64,000 bases of DNA. Source: Macrostomum lignano. Taxonomy: Eukaryota. The stretch spans positions 266,747-330,746 of the forward strand of contig NIVC01001486.1 of the NCBI GenBank assembly GCA_002269645.1. Reading direction: 5' to 3'. Shown piece by piece: positions 12,098-23,570 of this stretch. The notes below the pieces were generated by a model. That model ran no database searches and had not been told where the DNA came from. It saw only the letters and a program-made list of their open reading frames with translations. How positions within the stretch are numbered: the first letter of the stretch is position 1; every line of letters begins with the position of its first letter. The translations under genes were made by a program, and so were the position numbers.

Positions 12098-12827
12098 TCA
12101 GCCACGCTGGTAGAGAGTCCAGTCGGGTCCGGTCAGGCTGGCTGGTGGTAGGCGAACGTCAGCAGGTGCAGGCGAGCAGCCGCTGGAGAAAACGGCGGCC
12201 TGGCAGTCGGCTCTGGCGCTGCAATGGAGCAGGCAGTCCGCGTCAGAATGGGCAGCGGCCGGCCAGGACGAGGTTTTGGAGCTGTCGGTCTTGACGAAGA
12301 GGCTGTTGTCCTTCTGAACCAGGTAGCAACGGTCTGAAATAGAGAAGTTTAGTGCCACATTTTCTTCATCCTGTTTTGATTGAGAAATTATTTCTGACCA
12401 TGGATTAATACCTCCCGTCACTCACAGGGGTAGCTAAGAGCGAACACCGAGTTTCGGTAGGGAGCTCCGCAGATCTGCGATGAGTTTCCTATGCACGGTC
12501 TGTTGCAGTCGCTCTCTTTGCCTTTGCCCTGCGATCGATTGAGTTGCCGCAGAAGCACTCGACACCAACCTGCACCCCGAAGTACGAGAATCCGCCCAGA
12601 GAGCAGGCGCTGCTGCAAGCTCGAGAGTCATGCTTGCTCTTATGGAAGGGTCGTTTGACCGAATCTCAAACGGACCCAGACTGGGTGACTCCAGTCAGTC
12701 CGTCCAAGTCTCTGGCCTTGCCCGTGTAGTCCACGTAGCAACCCACGTACGAGTAATTGACAAACCTGCAGGTCGCGCAGGTAGCCAGAGCGCCGAGTAA
12801 AATCGAAATTCGCGATAGCTGCTCCAT
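12098..12827 (-). pseudogene. WSC-PAN family copy C (exons ~12426-12827 and 12098-12333), several frameshifts; close paralog of copy E
   Basis: MEQLSRISILLGALATCATCRFVNYSYVGCYVDYTGKARDLDGL is nearly identical to copy E. At least four 1-bp indels relative to E. It ends YQRG*, and the splice sites are conserved. Confidence 0.85.
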
Positions 12828-15145
12828 GCTGCTTTAGGCTTTGTTTTTTTTCTTCTCTGCTTATCGCATAATGGGGTTTATAGCCTAGGATGAAACTAAA
12901 CCTTTAAACCCCGTCATCCAATCAATCGGCCGTGTGTTTTTGCTAGTTTTATCCTGGACGAATCCGATACAAACGCACAGCAGTTTAATTCGAATACTGT
13001 AACAGTTGTGCTACTATGCAAATGCGCATACGCAACGGACTTCCATTGCGACAGTAATAGTTCTCAAACTATTATGGTGAGTCACTCATTTTCCGATGCT
13101 ATCCAAACCATGTTTGCAATGCTCTACTGAGTTTCTCGCTGCCTTCGAGACACTAGTATTTTCAATGAGCTTTACTTTTGCGTGAGCGGGCAGACGGCCC
13201 GGTGCAATGCAAGGAGTGCCCGTCACTCTTCAGAGTGTTGACGAAATCTTCGTGATGTTTAGATTCAGACCTGCGATATTAGCAGGCATGTCTGACAGTG
13301 CTTCACTTTCGCCCCATGATTTACCAAAGCTAAGCGAAGGCTGCTGCAGCATATCGACTGCATGGCATGGATAGGAATGTTGGGGTGGATCGGAGCTGCT
13401 GTGTTGAAGTGGCAGCTTTTGAGTCTCTCCAAACCATGGACCGTTTGTCCATCATCCGACTGGGCAGCTCTTTTGCAAAAATAACCTAGTTGAGCGTCTT
13501 TCCTTTGTTTCTATCTCATTTTGATTGAATCCTGATTTATTCTCAAGCCCGCTTCCGAATCTCTGAATCCCTGGGCTAAGCGGTGCGGTACTTTGAGGCG
13601 GGTTTTTGCTGGCCTTCTCCTGGTTGCCAGTGCTCACAAATCCCGCAATCTGATGCGCCAGGACGCACACCAAACAACTTTCGTTTGCTTCTGAACAAAC
13701 AGATTCCGTCTTCCTTTTTCGTTATTTCTCTCGATTATTCTTCCTATTTGCTAAAGTCAGCTTTTTGTGTGAAAGTCCAAAGTTGTAATTGGAAAATTCG
13801 GATCACTTCAACGTGTCGGACATTGTTCAGACTGGGTAAGTGTGGACTTTTTAGCCGGCTCATAAAACTAAATTTTCTAATCGTTGACGCCAATATCGGG
13901 TTCAAGTGCTATGTAATGAGGTTATGTTGTCATAGTAACAATTGCTTCTGAACCACGACTATTCTTGTTAGCTACGCTTCTGATTGCTATATAATTCTGC
14001 CTCTCTCTTACGAGTCGTAAACTAAGCAAAGTCCTTGCCTGCGTCTGTACCGCACTCGTTTCAGAAATATTTTTTTTCCATTCTCAACTTCATGCATTCC
14101 CGTGTCTTAAGCTCTACTGAGCAAATATTCATTAAAAGAAAAGTTTCCCGGGTAGACACACCTGTGGTGGGATACATATCCTGAGAAATTCGGAGACATC
14201 CATAGCTAATACTCGTAGTGCATTTCACACTATCCAGCTGGTGTGTTACTGAAGCGATAATGCTTGGTTTATCCCACAGAATCCAACGGTCTCCTGGCAT
14301 AAATCCTATATATTGCAGTTTACTGTCAGGCAGACACTGCTATTAAATATCTGATGGCTCATTAAGCTTTAAGTGAGAGGCAGAGCCGGCATCAATAACT
14401 TTTTACTGCATCCCAGTCGGTTCTAGTCAAGGCTTTGCCTTCTTTTTTCTTTTTTTCTGTTTCTTTTGTGCTTCCACCGCTGCTGCGGATATTTTCCATT
14501 AATTTGAATTTTCTCGAAAAGCTTCGAACCTGCTGTTCAAATTCTCAGGCAATTCTGACTGGTAATGTGACAGCCACACAGCTTCCAATGTTGCCTCATT
14601 CGAGCTGGTAAACCGAAAATCTTTCTGATCTGCATTGAACTTCCTGAAGTGGCCTGAGCTGCCTGAGTCTATCGAAAGGAGATTTCTTTATCATACTGCA
14701 GAAGCAATGGCAGCTTTAACTTCTCTGTCAGATCATCCCACTGCCATCAAAATTGTTATCGCATCAATCAGTTACGGATTAGAAGTTAAAGGGCGAAATC
14801 ATAAAAAAATCTTAGAACTTATTTTGATGTGCTTCAATGCCCAAATTTGAACGACTTCCAGAGCTCAAAGAAATCTCTGCTGATAATCCCATTCAGCAAC
14901 GTGAACCTTTGCGCATGTATTCTCGGATCGAAGCTAAAATTGCTGAAAAAGACAGATTTCATTGCCATTTCCCAGTGGTATTATTTCTTAATGCCAAAAA
15001 CAATAATCTTTTGACAACTTTCCCAAACTTTTTATTGATTGACAAGCGGAACTGATCGCAACAGAACTGCAAAGATCAGAAGGGCCACGCAACTTCACAG
15101 TTTCAGGCTGACCATGCCAGAATGTTTCGTCAAGTGCTTTGTATC

Positions 15146-15874
15146 TCAGCCGCGCTGGTAGAGAGTCCAGTCGGGTCCGGTCAGGCTGGCTGGCGGGTAG
15201 GCGAACGCCAGCAGGCGGCAGGCGAGCAGCCGCTTGGAGAAAACGGCGGCTAGGCAGTCGGCTGTGGCGCTGCACCGGGCCAGGCAGTCCATGACGGATG
15301 GGCAGCGGCCGGCCAGGACGAGGTCTTGCTGGTCTCCACAGTGAGGATCGAGTGCTTGATCATCTTGTAAAAGTTTTTGTCTGAAACAGATTGTGGTTGA
15401 GATGTGTTTCAGAAAGGACCACCTGTACATAACCCTGAAAGTCAATCGTCGCAAGAACAAAAGCTACTCACTCGGGTAGGTCAGAGCGAACACCGAGTTT
15501 CGCCTTGGAGCTCCGCAGATCTGCGATGAGTTTCCTCTGCACTTGGTGCTGCAGTCGCTTTCGTTGGCTTTGCCCTGAGATCCGAAGGAGTTGCTGCAGA
15601 GGCACGCTTTTCCAACCTGCACCCCAAAGTAGGCGAAGCCGCCAAGTGAGCACACACTGCTGCAGAGCTCGTGCGACATTTCGGTCTTGTTTATCCACTT
15701 TCTGAAGGTGATTTCGTACTCGCCAATCCTTGTGACACCGCTTAGCCCGTTCAAGTCTCTGACTTCACCATTTAAATCCACGTAGCAACCAACGTAGGAG
15801 AAGCGGACGACCCTGCATGCAGCGCAGGTCAGGAGGGCGCAGATAAAAACTGGCAGTTTCGGCACCCGAAGCAT
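15146..15874 (-). CDS. WSC-PAN secreted protein copy D, join(15146..15380,15472..15874); one 1-bp deletion in a G run at ~15301
   Basis: Open exon 1 with signal peptide and WSC cysteines; phase-1 GTGAGT donor and TTTCAG acceptor. Exon 2 is 235 bp against 236 bp in copy F, so it is a real frameshift or an assembly error. Confidence 0.8.
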
Positions 15875-17215
15875 CTTTCAGCTGCTCAACTGCAAGCTAC
15901 TCGGCTGGAGCGCACAAGTTCCAGCTTTTATAGTTGAACAGCTGTACGGCCGCAGAGAATTGTTTCGCTCGCCCAATGGCATCGCAGCTTCCATTTAATC
16001 TGGCTTAGATTAGTCATCTAAATTTTCTGCAAACCGATCGGGCCAACATATGTTTTTGAATTTGCAAATCTTCGTTATTTCAGGTGCTTTCAGATATTTT
16101 CAATAGAGTTAAACGTGTTGCAACAGTGAGTAATAGTGATTAGTGTGTACTTGAGCTAATGGAACTTTAGTAAGCATGTCTAGCACCGCACTGTCGATAT
16201 TTTGAATGTAATTAGATTTCTCTTGTTAAGTAAGAGTAGTTCAGTCTCATTCGACTCTGTTACTTTTAAGACAATCAAATAAGATTCTCCTAATAGAATA
16301 TAGGTACTTGCGACAAAAATGTTGAACAAATCTGGATTATTTATGCAGTATTTAGGTTGGAGCCTCAAACAAGCTTGCATCTGCATCTCATATTCAAGTC
16401 ACATGTCAACAGACGTTTGCTTCACCAACGAGCGTATTGTCTTAAACAACAATGGAGGGCTGAAAACATTGACCGAAATGATGGAGAGGTTTTCTAGTCT
16501 CAGTTTTCGAAGATATTTTTAAGAACTTCATCCAAGTTAAAGTAAAAACTGTGGAAATTTTCGAAACCTACTGACTCGTCCCCGTCCCCGCGAGTATTCA
16601 AGGCAGACCCTAGGGCTGCTGGACTGAACTGGGCTCCGACGCTGGCTACCCATCCAGTGGTTTTTGCCGAACTTGGGTATGCGGGTCTGGCTCAAACCTG
16701 GACCAGGGGAGCAAGGGATTTGCAGTTCCCCGGATAAACTGGAAAGAAGCATGGCACCCTTATGCCAGATGTTTGGTGCGATTTCACAGCAGTTTTTGGC
16801 ACCACTGTCCCCAGTTTTAGCATTTACCAAACAAATACTTCTGATTTTGCGCTGACGGGCCTCTCGGTGTCGGTCCTCTTTGTTTTCAGCACTCTTTGTT
16901 TTCAGCCCTCTTTGTTGTTGGGGCCCCTGTAGCTAGCGTGCCTTGATGCTGGCACCCCTTGCCTTAGAAGGTGCTTCAATGATAGCGTCCCCGAGGTGGC
17001 GCCTCTAGTATTGGCCCCATAATATCCTCATGACGCGCCCCCATGCTGTCTACCATCTATTCAAGTAGCCCTATTGATTAATCAAAATTTTGATACATTT
17101 CACTCTTTAGAGATTCAATAGCATACAGTATCTAGCTGAGTGGGATTCGTACATTCAACGCTAGTGCTGCAATTTAAACATAAGGGACGTGGTTAGTACT
17201 CCGTAAAATAGGCTT

Positions 17216-18115
17216 GTGTCACATGGCGCACCGAAGGCACCGGATTTACAGCCATCCTGGGGCTGTTGGACGCCTGTATGCGGCATTATCCACACAAGAG
17301 TTTCATCAAAGTCGGTCTTTGGAAGCTGCGTATCCGCTCACACAAGGCCGACCCACCACATCTCAATGGGTCGGGTGGGACACGGAAGCGGCAGGGGCAG
17401 AGACTGGAGCGGTACGGCAGAGCGTAGGCGACCTCCGCGACCTCGGAGGTGAACATTGCAGGATCAGCACATTCTCATTGTGCTCTTTTTATGATAACCC
17501 GTTCTCTGTAGCACTCAGACTGTGAATCGGATTCGAGTTCAATTTCTAGCTGCAATTTGTTGCCCTATATTATCAGAGCAGGTTAGGGTTACCACTCGCT
17601 CCCTGTGACTTGACTTAGCTGCAGGGGCATCGACCAGGGTTGAGTTTTTCTGCGAAACCCGGCTTTGCGCGGCCGGCCAATCAGAACCGGCCTGGACCCT
17701 GGCACGCGGCAAAATCCAAGTCTACCCGGCGCCGCGGGCACAGTGCAATTCAGCTTAGCGAGCGGCCGGCCAGACGACCACTACCCGGCTTGGGGGGGGG
17801 GTTGTGAGGGGTTTGACAGTGACTATATATGAAAGTGTGTTTGGCAATCGGATCTCACTTCTTTTTCCCTGCTCGTCCCGGCTTTGGTTTTGTTCAACTT
17901 CCCGGCCGCTTTGCCCTATTTTTGTGGTTCGCGCTTTGAGGCGCCTGAGTTCGTCACCCCGGTCCGTGTTTTGCTCCCTGCCCGACCGCTTCAGTCTTGT
18001 AGCGTAACGTCTACGGCAAATTTCTGTCTGAGGTCGTCGCTATCAAGCGCGGTTAGATAGAGATTGTCGGATTGACCAAGTACGTGGCCTCGATCCTGAG
18101 GGCCTCAGTGTCACA
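17216..18115 (+). mobile_element. Internally deleted LTR-retroelement relic (TRIM-like): 5' LTR stub, PBS, short internal region, PPT, 313-bp LTR at 17803-18115
   Basis: GTGTCACA|TGGCGCACCGAA at 17216-17235 looks like an LTR end plus PBS. A G run at 17792-17801 directly precedes TGTGA...TCACA inverted termini, with TATATAT inside. No coding sequence. Confidence 0.55.
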
Positions 18116-18645
18116 CTGAAGGGCAGTACTGATAGAACTTAGTCAGTGCTCCGTTGAACGGTCAATTCGGCAGGGCTCTCGTTTGAGTGTAGGTTCTGGT
18201 TTAGGCCAGGGGTTAGGAGTCTTCTCCGTGGTCGTGTTCGGTTCCTCTTCTTCTTCAGCTGAGATCCGCTTGCCAGTTGCGTAATTGATTTATTATTACG
18301 AGTATTAATCGTTGTATCCTTATTATCATCAGTTCGAATTATCTGCACCGCGAATTACGTTAAGAATCTTGTAACTTTATTAATCAAATTAAACCGTCAA
18401 TCAAATTTAGCCCCTCTTGAACTAGGATTATCACTCTCTAAATCTATTCGAATCGTGTTCACCTGTGTTCTTCCTTTTCTTGTACCGTACTGCGACAATT
18501 GGAGAAAGATTGGTAGAACTCGCCGACCGGCGATAGGCAATTAGGGCCAATAGTTTTAAAATCTCCGAACGCTCCAAGTAGGTTTGTCTAGGGCCTAAAT
18601 AATTGCTTACCGTGCATGCTATTTATCTAATTGCCTTTATAACAT

Positions 18646-21600
18646 GGTTGTAGTTTCTACATAGATCTGGTTGTAGGTTCTACATAAATCTGGTTGTAGG
18701 TTCTACATAGATCTGGTTGTAGGTTCTACATAGGTCTGGTTGCAGGTTCTACATAGATCTGGTTGTAGGTTCTACATAGGTCTGGTTGTAGGGTCTACAT
18801 AGGTTATGTAGGTTCTGCATAGGTCTGGTTGTAGGTTCTACATAGGTCTGGTTGTAGGTTCTACATAGGTCTTGTTGTAGGTTCTACATAGACCTGGTTC
18901 TAGGTTCTACATAGGTCTGGTTGTAGGTTCTACATAGGTTATGTAGGTTCTGCATAGATCTGGTTGTAGGTTCTACATAGGTCTGGTTGTAGGTTCTACA
19001 TAGGTCTGGTTGTAGGATCTACATAGGTCTGGTTGTAGGTTCTACATAGGTCTGGTTGTAGGTTCTGCATAGATCTGGTTGTAGGTTCTACATAGGTCTG
19101 GTTGTAGGTTCTACATAGGTCTGGTTGTAGGTTCTACATAGGTCTTGTTGTAGGTTCTACATAGACCTGGTTCTAGGTTCTACATAGGTCTGGTTGTAGG
19201 TTCTACATAGGTTATGTAGGTTCTGCATAGATCTGGTTGTAGGTTCTACATAGGTCTGGTTGTAGGTTCTACATAGGTCTGGTTGTAGGTTCTACATAGG
19301 TCTGGTTGTAGGTTCTGCATAGATCTGGTTGTAGGTTCTACATAGGTCTGGTTGTAGGTTCTACATAGATCTGGTTGTAGGTTCTACATAGGTCTTGTTG
19401 TAGGTTCTACATAGGTCTGGTTGTAGGTTCTACATAGGTCTGGTTGTAGGTTCTACATAGGTCTGGTTGTAGGTTCTACATAGGTCTGGTTGTAGGTTCT
19501 ACATAGGTCTTGTTGTAGGTTCTACATAGGTCTGGTTGTAGGTTCTGCATAGGTCTGGTTGTAGATTCTACATAGGTCTGGTTGTAGGTTCTACATAGGT
19601 CTGGTTGTAGGTTCTACATAGATCTGGTTGTAGGTTCTACATAGGTCTGGTTGTAGGTTCTACATAGGTCTGGTTGTAGGTTCTACATAGGTCTGGTTGT
19701 AGGTTCTGCATAGATCTGGTTGTAGGTTCTACATAGGTCTGGTTGTAGGGTCTACATAGGTTATGTAGGTTCTGCATAGGTCTGGTTGTAGGTTCTACAT
19801 AGGTCTGGTTGTAGGTTCTACATAGGTCTTGTTGTAGGTTCTACATAGACCTGGTTCTAGGTTCTACATAGGTCTGGTTGTAGGTTCTACATAGGTTATG
19901 TAGGTTCTGCATAGATCTGGTTGTAGGTTCTACATAGGTCTGGTTGTAGGTTCTACATAGGTCTGGTTGTAGGTTCTACATAGGTCTGGTTGTAGGTTCT
20001 GCATAGATCTGGTTGTAGGTTCTACATAGGTCTGGTTGTAGGTTCTACATAGGTCTGGTTGTAGGTTCTACATAGGTCTTGTTGTAGGTTCTACATAGAC
20101 CTGGTTCTAGGTTCTACATAGGTCTGGTTGTAGGTTCTACATAGGTTATGTAGGTTCTGCATAGATCTGGTTGTAGGTTCTACATAGGTCTGGTTGTAGG
20201 TTCTACATAGGTCTGGTTGTAGGTTCTACATAGGTCTGGTTGTAGGTTCTGCATAGATCTGGTTGTAGGTTCTACATAGGTCTGGTTGTAGGTTCTACAT
20301 AGGTCTGGTTGTAGGTTCTACATAGGTCTGGTTGTAGGTTCTGCATAGATCTGGTTGTAGGTTCTACATAGGTCTGGTTGTAGGTTCTACATAGATCTGG
20401 TTGTAGGTTCTACATAGGTCTTGTTGTAGGTTCTACATAGGTCTGGTTGTAGGTTCTACATAGGTCTGGTTGTAGGTTCTACATAGGTCTGGTTGTAGGT
20501 TCTACATAGGTCTGGTTGTAGGTTCTACATAGGTCTGGTTGTAGGTTCTACATATGTCTTGTTGTAGGTTCTACATAGGTCTGGTTGTAGGTTCTGCATA
20601 GATCTGGTTGTAGGTTCTACATAGGTCTGGTTGTAGGTTCTACATAGGTCTGGTTGTAGGTTCTACATAGGTCTGGTTGTAGGTTCTGCATAGATCTGGT
20701 TGTAGGTTCTACATAGGTCTGGTTGTAGGTTCTACATAGATCTGGTTGTAGGTTCTACATAGGTCTTGTTGTAGGTTCTACATAGGTCTGGTTGTAGGTT
20801 CTACATAGGTCTGGTTGTAGGTTCTACATAGGTCTGGTTGTAGGTTCTACATAGGTCTGGTTGTAGGTTCTACATAGGTCTGGTTGTAGGTTCTACATAG
20901 GTCTTGTTGTAGGTTCTACATAGGTTTGGTTGTAGGTTCTACATAGGTCTGGTTGTAGGTTCTGCATAGGTCTGGTTGTAGATTCTACATAGGTCTGGTT
21001 GTAGGTTCTACATAGGTCTGGTTGTAGGTTCTACATAGGTCTGGTTGTAGGTTCTACATAGGTCTGGTTGTAGGTTCTGCATAGATCTGGTTGTAGGTTC
21101 TACATAGGTCTGGTTGTAGGTTCTACATAGGTCTGGTTGTAGGTTCTACATAGGTCTTGTTGTAGGTTCTACATAGACCTGGTTCTAGGTTCTACATAGG
21201 TCTGGTTGTAGGTTCTACATAGGTTATGTAGGTTCTGCATAGATCTGGTTGTAGGTTCTACATAGGTCTGGTTGTAGGTTCTACATAGGTCTGGTTGTAG
21301 GTTCTACATAGGTCTGGTTGTAGGTTCTGCATAGATCTGGTTGTAGGTTCTACATAGGTCTGGTTGTAGGTTCTACATAGGTCTGGTTGTAGGTTCTACA
21401 TAGGTCTGGTTGTAGGTTCTGCATAGATCTGGTTGTAGGTTCTACATAGGTCTGGTTGTAGGTTCTACATAGATCTGGTTGTAGGTTCTACATAGGTCTT
21501 GTTGTAGGTTCTACATAGGTCTGGTTGTAGGTTCTACATAGGTCTGGTTGTAGGTTCTACATAGGTCTGGTTGTAGGTTCTACATAGGTCTGGTTGTAGG

Positions 21601-22248
21601 TTCTACATAGGTCTGGTTGTAGGTTCTACATATGTCTTGTTGTAGGTTCTACATAGGTCTGGTTGTAGGTTCTGCATAGATCTGGTTGTAGGTTCTACAT
21701 AGGTCTGGTTGTAGGTTCTACATAGGTCTGGTTGTAGGTTCTACATAGGTCTGGTTGTAGGTTCTGCATAGATCTGGTTGTAGGTTCTACATAGGTCTGG
21801 TTGTAGGTTCTACATAGATCTGGTTGTAGGTTCTACATAGGTCTTGTTGTAGGTTCTACATAGGTCTGGTTGTAGGTTCTACATAGGTCTGGTTGTAGGT
21901 TCTACATAGGTCTGGTTGTAGGTTCTACATAGGTCTGGTTGTAGGTTCTACATAGGTCTGGTTGTAGGTTCTACATAGGTCTTGTTGTAGGTTCTACATA
22001 GGTTTGGTTGTAGGTTCTACATAGGTCTGGTTGTAGGTTCTGCATAGGTCTGGTTGTAGATTCTACATAGGTCTGGTTGTAGGTTCTACATAGGTCTGGT
22101 TGTAGGTTCTACATAGGTCTGGTTGTAGGTTCTACATAGGTCTGGTTGTAGGTTCTACATAGGTCTGGTTGTAGGTTCTACATATGTCTGGTTGTAGGTT
22201 CTACATAGGTCTGGTTGTAGGTTCTACATAGGTCTGGTTGTAGGTTCT
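18646..22248. repeat. 3.6-kb 23-bp minisatellite array (CTGGTTGTAGGTTCTACATAGGT)n with higher-order structure
   Basis: Unit read directly. Variant cassettes recur, and a block duplication has an offset of 1078 bp. Confidence 0.97.
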
Positions 22249-23400
22249 AGATCCAAAACGAGATACTACTCAGAATCGCAGTTCTTTGTTGCATTTTGCC
22301 AGAAAAGAGTGAGGGCTGCAATGTAACGCTCGTAGATTCTTAGTTCTGAACCCGTCGTTTTTTATTTTTTTTACTTCTTGTCACTCAGAATCTGAACTCG
22401 CGCCAGCGCCATAAATAGAGGCGCCAACAACATGGGCGCCAGAGCTAGGGTGTCAGTATTAGAGGCGTCTACAACAGGGACGCCCGTAACAGGGGTGCCA
22501 AAGAGCGCTGAAAACAAAGGGCGCCGACACCGAGAGACGCATCAGCAGCGGTAGATCGAAAGCCAAATATTTGTTGTGTATATGCTAAAATTGAGAACAG
22601 TGGTGCTGTACCAAAATATCCGAAAAAAGGATGCCAAGCTTCTTTTCAGCTTATTGGAGACTGCAACCTCCTTGCTCCCCGTCTATGCCTCTGGTGGATA
22701 CCGGTAGATAGCATATATGTTACTATAGTCGCCCATGAGTAATTAATGTTTCGACTTTAGCAGCAGAAAGTTTGTCACTACTCGTAGTAACATCACCGAT
22801 CCCAGCACAAATTTAAACATTTTATCAAAACATAGTACCATAATTTCTGATGATGTGATTCTGTGACCTCGAAATCAAGTAAATAATGGTTCTCATGTTC
22901 TCATGCAGTATAAAATAATCAGTCAATCATTATATTAATGTATGAGAATTCAACGCTCGTCATTTACTTTCGAACAGTTCTCAGGGACTATGCGCTAACT
23001 ATATGTAAGCATTCACCAATTAACGTATGCAAGTAGTACCCTATACTCTATCCTATACTTATGGTGTACCAGACAGAGCGACCGGAAGTGGTGCTTGAGT
23101 GTGATAAAGGTGTTGGATATCTGCTTTGTTGGAACGCCAGTTTTTGTAGCTCCTATCATTTAATCCCTCAAAGTTTAACTGTAACAGGGTACAGTTTGTC
23201 AAGTGCAAGGATAGGCAAGGCACGGGTGCGAGGGCTCATGACTTCAGCGAGGCAACTGAGCGCACAGGCTGACGTATTTAAGAGTGGCTACGGCACGGCT
23301 TTCGCTCACTCCCTGAGGGAGTAATTGCCCTAGGCCACAAATACTGGTTATGCTGTTAGCTCGGTTACCTGGAACTTTCTTCTATAATGCGTCACTACCA

Positions 23401-23570
23401 GGCTGTAGCCTAGTGGTTAGAGCGTCGGACTCACGACTGAAAAGTGAGTCGACTCTCGACTCACTCGGGACAATTTGTGTCCTTGAGCAAGAAGACACTT
23501 AATTCTGCATTTCTGCAGTTCACCCAACTGTAAAACGGGTGCCAGCATTAGCTGGGGTATGAGGTGCAGC
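23401..23570 (+). mobile_element. tRNA-derived SINE with CORE-like domain
   Basis: A-box TAGCCTAGTGG, degenerate B-box, then GTGTCCTTGAGCAAG...CACCCAACTGTAAAA. Same family as 63166-63363. Confidence 0.75.
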
